Source: an uncultured Acidimicrobiia bacterium (GTDB lineage Bacteria; Actinomycetota; Acidimicrobiia; Spongiisociales; JAENVV01). Taken from it: a DNA stretch of 64,000 nucleotides. Position 1 is the stretch's first letter. Each line of letters starts with the position of its first letter. Below the pieces are notes generated by a model. It did not search any database, was not told the origin of the DNA, and saw nothing but the letters and a program-made list of their open reading frames with translations. The position numbers were made by a program, and so were the translations under genes. The stretch spans positions 137,984-201,983 of the forward strand of contig CAVVWO010000007.1 in assembly GCA_963752075.1 (NCBI GenBank), read 5' to 3'. Shown one piece after another: positions 23,380 to 30,325 of the stretch.

Positions 23380-24114
23380 ATGAAGGGTCTAACGATCGAA
23401 GCAACCGCCAAGAGAAGGATCAGTAGGAGAGGGAGGCGGGACCCTTCCGACTCGCGGCGGTACTTCCCCTCGGAGGAGCGCGAACAAGCCTCGTACCCGA
23501 TATCCCACCAGTACTCGGCTGGGAACCGTGCAGTCGCCAGGCTTGTGAGCCGGTCGCAGGTCAGCGTCCGGCGGAGCTATGACACGGTGCCCATGCTCGA
23601 GGCCGGACTACAGATGGATATCAATAACAAAGACGCACTTCCGGTCCCTTACATGACGTCAATCGAAAGAGCGGCATACACGGTCTCAGTGCACCGCGGG
23701 CTTCTGTTTAGAGGAGGTCGACCGCTCGACACGAGTGACGGTGGGGGGACTGAGACGTACATCTTCGTGATGGACGCTGATGGTCAGATCTACGCCGCCG
23801 CAGAAGACGAGGTGCATCATCACTCGTCCTTCATGGGCGGAAGCCCAGTCGCTGCTGCGGGAGCGATGAAGGTCTACAACGGTCAACTAGCACGCATCAA
23901 TAACCAAAGTGGACACTATCGCCCGACCGGCCACCACCAAGCGCAGCTCATCGGAGAGCTCGAGAAGCGTCGAGCCAACCTCTCGATGCTCGATCCGAGC
24001 GTCTTGGGAGGGGCTCCGGCAACAAGGTTGTCACCTGGCGAATTCAACGCGGCTTGGGCTTTCGAGTCCGGGAACTTCGCCAAGAAGGATGACTGGAAGT
24101 CGGTGGATCTGTAG
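23380..24114 (+). CDS. Hypothetical protein, candidate CIS cargo/toxin (family not recognised)
   Basis: It is transcribed divergently from the LuxR gene and is the last ORF before tRNA-Lys. The basic N-terminus carries YSAGNRAVARLV, shared with the DUF4157 protein and the kinase-like effector. The conserved-looking core is YIFVMDADGQIYAAAEDEVHHHSSFMGGSPVAAAGAMKVYNGQLARINNQSGHYRP. Confidence 0.5.
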   Translation: MKGLTIEATAKRRISRRGRRDPSDSRRYFPSEEREQASYPISHQYSAGNRAVARLVSRSQVSVRRSYDTVPMLEAGLQMDINNKDALPVPYMTSIERAAYTVSVHRGLLFRGGRPLDTSDGGGTETYIFVMDADGQIYAAAEDEVHHHSSFMGGSPVAAAGAMKVYNGQLARINNQSGHYRPTGHHQAQLIGELEKRRANLSMLDPSVLGGAPATRLSPGEFNAAWAFESGNFAKKDDWKSVDL

Positions 24115-24146
24115 AGCGCAGCCGATCGTGTCGTGCCATGTGGATC

Positions 24147-24222
24147 TGGTGGGCCCCGTGGGAATCGAACCCACAACCAACGGGTTAAAAGCCCGGTGCT
24201 CTGCCAATTGAGCTAGAGGCCC
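24147..24222 (-). tRNA. tRNA-Lys (anticodon UUU), CCA encoded
   Basis: The reverse complement GGGCCTCTAGCTCAATTGGCAGAGCACCGGGCTTTTAACCCGTTGGTTGTGGGTTCGATTCCCACGGGGCCCACCA folds as a 76-nt cloverleaf. Its anticodon loop is CTTTTAA and its T-arm is GGGTTCGATTCCC. Confidence 0.9.
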
Positions 24223-24349
24223 AGATCGAGATGATACTCAGGATATTCGGGTGTCCGGAAGTGGTTGACGTGGTGGAGCGTGTTGGTCGGTATCGTCATG
24301 GGATGACACGAATGCCATCGCGATCGAGTGACTCCAGGGGGGTCGGCCG

Positions 24350-26152
24350 GTGATCCGGTTTGGGATCTCTGCCCTGCCCCCGGACGGCGACGACGCTGCC
24401 TTCCTCGATGGCGTCGCCGAAGCTGGGTACGGAGCGGTGGAACTCAGCTTCACCAAGGGATTCCCTTGGAAGGAGAAGCGGTGCCGTCAGTTCGGTGAGC
24501 TGGCAGCCGAACGAGACATAGCCCTTTCCGCCCACGCCCCGTTCTTCGCCGTGCTCACTGTCCAAAATGAGGACAAGGCCAAGCAGTGCCGAGCAGCGCT
24601 CGAACACACGCTGAAGCTGGGTCATGAGCTGGGAGCGAAGATCATCGTCGCCCACCTCGGCAGCACTCATGGCGAGGAGGCCGAGGTGCTCCTCACCCGG
24701 ATTCGAATCCATCTCGACTGGATCGAATCGAAGGTCCGTCACCTTGGCGTAGGCCTTGGTCTCGAGACCGGGGGCAAGGCCAGCCAGTTCGGAAGCCTTG
24801 GTGACATTGCCTTGCTGGCCTCGGAATACACCTTCGTCCGCCCGGTCGTCGATTGGGCACACGTTCACGCCATGTCGGGCGGTGCGCTCACCACCCGTGA
24901 AGCATTCGAGGCCGTGATCGCTTTCATCCGTGACCAGTTTCCCGGCTGGATGGTCGACCCTCTCCACTGCCAGTTCACCGACAATCTCTTCGGTGACGCC
25001 GGCGAGATCAAGCACGTTCCGTACGGTGAGGGGAGCCTGCGAGTCGGCCCTCTCGTCGAGGCGGCCCGAGCCAGCGGTCTCCGAATGACCATGATCTCCG
25101 AGGCGCGACGCCCCGAGAGCGACGCGGCGATCTTCGCAGAGGTCCGCCAGACCCTGGCAGCGATCGAAGAGCCGTCGACCGGGTCGACCCGGTCTCTCGC
25201 GTCGGCCGATATTCGTTTTCCGGACCCGGTCGAGGTGGTGGAGGATGGCAAGCACGCCACTCCGGTGGGCATGGAACGCACCCTCCGCCTCTCCAATATC
25301 GACAAACCATTCTTTCCTGACGGGCTCACGAAGGGCGACCTCATTCAGTACTACGCGTCGGTGGCTCCGGTGCTGCTACCCCACCTGGCGGGACGTGGCA
25401 TCGTCATGTCGCGGTACCCCGAGGGTGCCGAGGGGGAATTCTTCTACGAAAAACAGGCACCGGGGCACCAGCCGGACTGGATGCCTCTCGCCTCGATCCA
25501 TTCCGGTCACCGGGGCAAGCCGATCGACTTCGTCATGGCGACGAGCCGCGAGGGCTTGATGTGGCTGGCCAACATGGGCTGCATCGAGATCCACCCGTGG
25601 TTGTCGCAGATGCAGCACATCGAAAATCCTTCATTCGCCATCTTCGACCTCGACCCGGCCGACGGCGCCACATGGGCCCAGGTGGTCGACGTGGCCAACC
25701 TGATCAAGGTGGCGCTCGGTGGACTCGGTCTGCTGGGGTATCCGAAGACGTCAGGCGCCACGGGCATGCACATCTATGTGCCACTCGATCCGGTAGCCGA
25801 ATACTCAACGGTGCGCGGGTTCGTCGAAGCAGTCGGACGGCTTCTCCTCAAGGCAAACCCGGACAACATCACCATGGAGTGGGACATCCCGAAGCGGACC
25901 GGGAGGGTGTTCATCGACGTCAACCAGAACGTTGGCGGCAAGACGATTGCCTCTGTGTACTCGGTCCGCCCGCGGCCCGGAGCGCCCGTATCGACGCCGC
26001 TGTTGTGGGAGGAGGTCGGGATTGTCCAACCGGGCGACTTCACGATCGAGACGCTGTGGCCGCGACTCCAGAAGTACGGCGACCTCTTCGCCCCCGTCCT
26101 GGAAGGCGGCCAAACGCTCGCCGCGGCCCGATCGGCCCTCGGCCTGGAGTGA
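24350..26152 (+). CDS. Fusion protein: Endo IV-like (AP_endonuc_2 / xylose isomerase-like TIM barrel) N-domain plus LigD polymerase/primase (NHEJ Pol) C-domain
   Basis: The N-terminal half has metal-ligand-like motifs: LSAHAPFF, IIVAHLG, GLGLETGG and VVDWAHVHAM. The C-terminal half, LRLSNIDKPFFPDGLTKGDLIQYY...MSRYPEG...FYEKQ...IEIHPW...AIFDLDP...GYPKTSGATGMHIYVPL...RVFIDVNQN...TIASVYSVRPRPGAPVSTPL, is the LigD Pol domain pattern. Confidence 0.8.
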   Translation: MIRFGISALPPDGDDAAFLDGVAEAGYGAVELSFTKGFPWKEKRCRQFGELAAERDIALSAHAPFFAVLTVQNEDKAKQCRAALEHTLKLGHELGAKIIVAHLGSTHGEEAEVLLTRIRIHLDWIESKVRHLGVGLGLETGGKASQFGSLGDIALLASEYTFVRPVVDWAHVHAMSGGALTTREAFEAVIAFIRDQFPGWMVDPLHCQFTDNLFGDAGEIKHVPYGEGSLRVGPLVEAARASGLRMTMISEARRPESDAAIFAEVRQTLAAIEEPSTGSTRSLASADIRFPDPVEVVEDGKHATPVGMERTLRLSNIDKPFFPDGLTKGDLIQYYASVAPVLLPHLAGRGIVMSRYPEGAEGEFFYEKQAPGHQPDWMPLASIHSGHRGKPIDFVMATSREGLMWLANMGCIEIHPWLSQMQHIENPSFAIFDLDPADGATWAQVVDVANLIKVALGGLGLLGYPKTSGATGMHIYVPLDPVAEYSTVRGFVEAVGRLLLKANPDNITMEWDIPKRTGRVFIDVNQNVGGKTIASVYSVRPRPGAPVSTPLLWEEVGIVQPGDFTIETLWPRLQKYGDLFAPVLEGGQTLAAARSALGLE

Positions 26153-26216
26153 ATTCCGCCGGTACCCAGGGTTTCAGGCTCGCTGGTCAGGTCTGTGACC
26201 CAGAAGGCCTCCGGCG

Positions 26217-27200
26217 TCAGGCGCCGTCAGCGGCGTTGAGCACCCAGGCGATCCCCTCTGCCGCGTCCTCGACGGCGATCCGGCACGCCCACCCGGTGGG
26301 CGGGAACGGGTCGGTCCACCACCACCACCGCAGGCCGCGGACCGCCTCGTAGAACTCGTCGGGATCGGGTGGCCACTCGTCGAGATGATCGGTCATTGCC
26401 GCCGCCGCCCACCACGCGGCTGCCCTACCTGTGGCGGCACCCGCTCGTCGTCCGTGAGCGCCACCGTCAGCGGCGGTCCAAGCCATGATCGCCATTGCCT
26501 GCGCTCCGTCGATCTCCGCCACGCGCGCCTGGCGCAAGCCGAGGCGAGCGATGGCGGCCATGGCGTCCCCTTCGACCGCGTACGCCTCGGCCGTTCCGTT
26601 CGAGTACTCAGTCCACGTCTTGACGAGTTCGAGCAACGCTTCCACCGTTTCGGGGTCGTCGAGGGGTTCACCGGGTGCCGGCAAGTCCACGGCAGCCAAC
26701 CGCTCCGGGATCGGAGGGTCGCACTCAACCCGATCCGGGCGATACACGGCCAGCGAGTAGCCGTGCTCCCAGGACGACAACCGATCGGGCATCTCCATGA
26801 CCCTGCGGTCGAACGACGCGCTCGAGAGGTCCTCACCTCGCACAACCCGCTCGAAGGCCACCATCGCCCGGACCGGTCCCTCCTCGAGCCATGGCTCCAA
26901 ATCGGCCCAGCGATGGGTGCTGGCGGCTACCTCCGTGAGCGGTCCGAGTGTGAAACGGCTCGCCCTACTTCCCGCCACCGCGGCAGCCAGTTGGGCCGGG
27001 CCTTCCAGGGCCAGGCGGTAGTCGACGTGATGAGCCACGCCCCACAACTGCTTGCCCCGCTCGACGGCGTCGTGGCACCGGTCGCGAAGGTCAACCAGGT
27101 CATCCCAACGGCCATCCCGCACGAACGCGTCGATACGAGTCATCAGCCCATCGGGTGTGCCGACTTCGATGAGTTCGGGAACCGAGAGCGGCTCGCTCAC
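26217..27200 (-). CDS. Conserved hypothetical protein
   Basis: GTG 27200 forms GTGA with the sulfurtransferase stop. The codon structure looks ordinary, and no family is recognised (W-rich C-terminus LRWWWWTDPFPPTGW). Confidence 0.5.
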   Translation of the reverse strand: MSEPLSVPELIEVGTPDGLMTRIDAFVRDGRWDDLVDLRDRCHDAVERGKQLWGVAHHVDYRLALEGPAQLAAAVAGSRASRFTLGPLTEVAASTHRWADLEPWLEEGPVRAMVAFERVVRGEDLSSASFDRRVMEMPDRLSSWEHGYSLAVYRPDRVECDPPIPERLAAVDLPAPGEPLDDPETVEALLELVKTWTEYSNGTAEAYAVEGDAMAAIARLGLRQARVAEIDGAQAMAIMAWTAADGGAHGRRAGAATGRAAAWWAAAAMTDHLDEWPPDPDEFYEAVRGLRWWWWTDPFPPTGWACRIAVEDAAEGIAWVLNAADGA

Positions 27201-28045
27201 AGGGAACCTGGTTCGGGGCCGACGGCAACAGGCAGCCCAGCGCCGGCCCAATCACTCCACGATCCTGCGTACAGCAAGGGCTCGGGAAGGCCGGCCACGA
27301 CGTGGGCGAGCAGCGTGTGACAGGCCGTCACCCCACTTCCGCAGTACGCCACGGTGGGTTGGTTCTCGGTGCCACCCGGGGCGTCTCCGGCGGCATAGCG
27401 CTTGCGCAGTGCCTCAGCGTCGAGGAACTTGCCATCAGGCCCGAGGTTTCCGGCAAACGCCAGGTTGACGGCCGTCGGAATGTGCCCGGCGGCAGGATCG
27501 ACCGGTTCGAAGATCCCCTCGTAACGCTCGGGCGCCCGAACATCGATGATCCTCATCTCATGCAGCCGGTCGAGCAGCGTCTCGCGCTCGATGACGCCGC
27601 CCGGCCGGACTCGGCCGATGAAGGCTTCGTCAGCCAGACCGAGGACCTCGGCGGTCGTCGGCAGGTCTGCTTCGGTCCACGCCGGCCAGCCGCCGTCGAG
27701 GACAGCCACGTCATCGTGACCGAGGTGGCGGAGCATCCACCACAGACGGGCGGCGATGGCGCCGCCCGAACTGTCATAGGCGACCACCGCATGGTGGTTG
27801 CCGATCCCGGCTCGGCCCAACGTGTCAGCCAATACCTGCGGCGAAGGCAAAGGGTGGCGCCCGCGTCCGGATTCGGTACTCAGATCGGTCTCGACATCCA
27901 GGTAGAGCGCCCCAGGGATGTGGGAGGCGAGATATTCGCGACGCCCCTGGAGTGGGTCGTCGAGATACCAGCGGACGTCGACCACCCGCACCGCGGGGTC
28001 GGTGAGTCGTTCTGAGAGCCAAGAGGCGGCGACGAGCGGTTGCAC
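27197..28045 (-). CDS. sseA: Thiosulfate/3-mercaptopyruvate sulfurtransferase (tandem rhodanese)
   Basis: LVAASWLSERLTDPAVRVVDVRW...YLASHIPGALYLD...YCGSGVTACHTLLAHVVAGL...LYAGSWSDW matches the rhodanese family. The start is taken at GTG 28045. Confidence 0.8.
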   Translation of the reverse strand: MQPLVAASWLSERLTDPAVRVVDVRWYLDDPLQGRREYLASHIPGALYLDVETDLSTESGRGRHPLPSPQVLADTLGRAGIGNHHAVVAYDSSGGAIAARLWWMLRHLGHDDVAVLDGGWPAWTEADLPTTAEVLGLADEAFIGRVRPGGVIERETLLDRLHEMRIIDVRAPERYEGIFEPVDPAAGHIPTAVNLAFAGNLGPDGKFLDAEALRKRYAAGDAPGGTENQPTVAYCGSGVTACHTLLAHVVAGLPEPLLYAGSWSDWAGAGLPVAVGPEPGSL

Positions 28046-28058
28046 GCCGCCATTATGG

Positions 28059-28244
28059 TCAGCCGGCGCGAGCCCTGGGCGGGAAGGAGACCACCATGGC
28101 CGGCTCACCCATGGTGGGCAGGAGTCGATCGAGCAACTTCATAGAACACTCGAGACAGTCGTGTGCCGACGCAATGTCCGGGACCTTGTCGCATCGCGGG
28201 CACCGGCTGGTGCTGGCGGTCTCGATGGCGATGGGGGCGGTCAT
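28059..28244 (-). CDS. Small hypothetical protein with CxxC...CxxC
   Basis: This 61-codon ORF lies directly upstream of sseA and contains CPRCDKVPDIASAHDCLEC. No other support is visible. Confidence 0.3.
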   Translation of the reverse strand: MTAPIAIETASTSRCPRCDKVPDIASAHDCLECSMKLLDRLLPTMGEPAMVVSFPPRARAG

Positions 28245-28319
28245 GTCGCGGCTCCTGTCAGTCCCTTAACCATCGGCACAAAGCGGCGCGGGCATGAGCA
28301 GCTATTTGGGCCCCTCACG

Positions 28320-28347
28320 AAAGAGCGGCCCTGTCGGGCCGCTCTTT
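28320..28347 (-). terminator. Perfect 12-bp hairpin downstream of the acidic protein gene
   Basis: AAAGAGCGGCCC-TGTC-GGGCCGCTCTTT lies 22 nt past the stop at 28369. The only T-run is the three T's within the stem. Confidence 0.45.
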
Positions 28348-28368
28348 GCTCAACACTGCCGCGGGCGA

Positions 28369-28794
28369 TCAGACGTCGTCCTGGAGGTCCTCACGGAGGG
28401 TCTCGGCGGCCTCGTCTGGTTTTGCTTCGATCGTCTGGGTCGTCGTCTCTGTGCCGGCTTCGTCGGCTTCGAGATCTTCGCTCTTTCCCTTGATTGTTCT
28501 GCGTACCACCACGCCAAGGTCCTCGACGGTGGCGCCGAGGGCGTCCACGAGGGCCGAAGCGGCTGCCTTGGATTCTGCCTTCACGTCGTCGTCTCTGACG
28601 GCTGCCCCCAGGCTCCCGAAGACCCGCTCGAGCCCGTCGGAGATGGTGTCGAAGGCCTTCTTGATCTCATCAGACGATGGGGCACCCTCCTCGTCGGTCT
28701 CGGCTTCCTTGCTGTCGTAATGCTCACGGAACTTCTTGCCGAGCGAATTGAATCGGTCGCCGACATCCTTCCAAGCTTCCTCGTTCCGGCTCAT
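28369..28794 (-). CDS. Small acidic hypothetical protein
   Basis: The start is taken at MSRNEEAWKDVGDRFNSLGKKFREHY. The protein is highly D/E-rich and helical-looking, and is transcribed divergently from the exonuclease gene. Confidence 0.5.
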   Translation of the reverse strand: MSRNEEAWKDVGDRFNSLGKKFREHYDSKEAETDEEGAPSSDEIKKAFDTISDGLERVFGSLGAAVRDDDVKAESKAAASALVDALGATVEDLGVVVRRTIKGKSEDLEADEAGTETTTQTIEAKPDEAAETLREDLQDDV

Positions 28795-28817
28795 GCTGTC
28801 CCCTCTATGATCGCCGT

Positions 28818-29690
28818 ATGTTGCTGCATCTCCTTGATGGTACCTATGAGTTGTTTCGTGCGTACTTCGGTCGTCCACCTCGCTCGGCTCCCGACGGGCG
28901 TCCCGTTGGCGCAGTGCATGGACTTTTGGAGTCCACGCTTGGGCTGTTGCGCGAGCCCAACGTCACCCACCTCGGGGTGGCCACCGACACCGTGATCGAA
29001 TCGTTCCGAAACGAGATGTTTGCGGGATACAAGAGCGGCGAAGGGATCGAGCCGGACATCCTGGCCCAGTTCGATCTCGCCGAGCGGGCCCTCGAGTCGA
29101 TCGGCGTCACGGTGTGGCGAATGCGAGAGTTCGAAGCTGACGACGCGTTGGCGGCGGCTGCGGCACGGTGGGTGAATGACGTCGACCAGGTGGTGATTGC
29201 GTCGCCGGACAAGGACATGGCGCAGTGTGTCACCACCGACCGGGTGGTGATGCTGGACCGCCGCCGCGAGATCGTCCTCGACGAGGAGGGTGTGATCGAG
29301 AAGTTCGGGGTCCGCCCCGCTTCGATTCCGGACTATCTGGCGCTGGTGGGCGATACGGCCGACGGTATTCCTGGGATACCTGCCTGGGGTGCGAAATCGG
29401 CCGGCCAGGTGCTGTTCGAATACGGACACGTGGCGGCCATACCGGATGACGAGCATGAGTGGACCATCAAGGTGCGGGGTGCGGCCCGGCTAGCCGCCAA
29501 CCTCCGTGAGCGCCGCCAGGATGCCGAACTCTATCGAACGCTGGCAACGCTCAGGATCGATGCGCCGATCCCGGAAAGCCTGGACGAGCTCCAGTGGCAG
29601 GGGGCCGACCGACCCGCATTCGAGGCGCTGTGTGACGAACTCGGGTTCACGAGCCTTCGGACCCGGCCTCACCTCTGGTTGGGGGAGTGA
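28818..29690 (+). CDS. 5'-3' exonuclease / flap endonuclease (Pol I N-terminal domain-like)
   Basis: LLHLLDGTYELFRAYF...ATDTVIESFRNEMFAGYKSG...REFEADDALAAAA...ASPDKDMAQCV...LVGDTADGIPGIPAWGAKSA matches the family. Confidence 0.85.
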   Translation: MLLHLLDGTYELFRAYFGRPPRSAPDGRPVGAVHGLLESTLGLLREPNVTHLGVATDTVIESFRNEMFAGYKSGEGIEPDILAQFDLAERALESIGVTVWRMREFEADDALAAAAARWVNDVDQVVIASPDKDMAQCVTTDRVVMLDRRREIVLDEEGVIEKFGVRPASIPDYLALVGDTADGIPGIPAWGAKSAGQVLFEYGHVAAIPDDEHEWTIKVRGAARLAANLRERRQDAELYRTLATLRIDAPIPESLDELQWQGADRPAFEALCDELGFTSLRTRPHLWLGE

Positions 29691-29692
29691 TC

Positions 29693-30088
29693 TCAGCCGG
29701 CCGGGGTGGGCGTGCCACCCGCCTGGACGAGGACGTCGCGGAGAGCGTCTTTCTTGACGAGTCCCGTCTGGCGCCACCGCTGATTGAACTTTCCCGGCTT
29801 GGCACCCTTCTGGCGGGGTGAGGCGAGGACGACAAAGGTAGGCGTCGACCGGACCTTGAAGGCGTCGATCGCCCAGGGAGCCTTGGCTACGTTGATCTTG
29901 ACCACGTTGGCGCCGTCGCCGAACTCGTCTGCCAACTCATCGACGATCCCGTCCATCACCTGACACGGCGCGCAGCCGTGCTGGAAGAAGTCAACCAAGA
30001 TCGGCTTCCCGCTGGCGGCCATCTCCTGGAGTTCGCCCATTGAATGGACGGGGGCGGCCTTGGTGCGTTTGGATTTCTTGAACATCAT
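29693..30088 (-). CDS. Thioredoxin-family protein
   Basis: ILVDFFQHGCAPCQVMDGIVDELADEF carries a CxxC active site, and STPTFVVL follows. Confidence 0.8.
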   Translation of the reverse strand: MMFKKSKRTKAAPVHSMGELQEMAASGKPILVDFFQHGCAPCQVMDGIVDELADEFGDGANVVKINVAKAPWAIDAFKVRSTPTFVVLASPRQKGAKPGKFNQRWRQTGLVKKDALRDVLVQAGGTPTPAG

Positions 30089-30133
30089 GCTGCTCTTTGT
30101 TGTCGGTTCTGAAGGCTCAACGCGCCGATCACC

Positions 30134-30325
30134 TCAATGATTCCCGTCGTCCTCTTCGACTTCGAACACCAGATCCCAGCGGTCGTTGCAGTCCTCGCAC
30201 CGGTAGACCAAGTAGTCGCCCGGCTCGAAGAAGGCGTCGGGAGGCGGCGAGCTGAGAAGGTGGGCGGTGCCCAGACAGTCGACGCAAGTGATGGTCGCCA
30301 CCGGCTGTGGCGGCATGTTCATCAT
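30134..30325 (-). CDS. Small zinc-ribbon protein coupled to nhaA
   Basis: An ATGA overlap joins it to the nhaA stop. It contains CVDC...CEDC and has an acidic C-terminus. Confidence 0.45.
   Translation of the reverse strand: MMNMPPQPVATITCVDCLGTAHLLSSPPPDAFFEPGDYLVYRCEDCNDRWDLVFEVEEDDGNH

Noticed and set aside
1225-24114. Interpretation as a type VI secretion system or a myovirus prophage
   Set aside because: The sheath is a single gene rather than TssB/TssC, and there are no TssJLM, TssK or ClpV genes. There are no capsid, portal, terminase, integrase or lysis genes. The presence of DUF4255, a dedicated AAA+ ATPase and DUF4157 points to an eCIS.
24115-24349. Search for an integrase or att duplication at the tRNA-Lys boundary
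   Set aside because: No integrase-like ORF and no obvious direct repeat of the tRNA 3' end were seen within the window. Acquisition as an integrative element therefore remains unsupported.
24296-25255. 319-aa minus-strand ORF
   Set aside because: It is antisense to the well-supported Endo IV-like/LigD-Pol gene and has no motifs.
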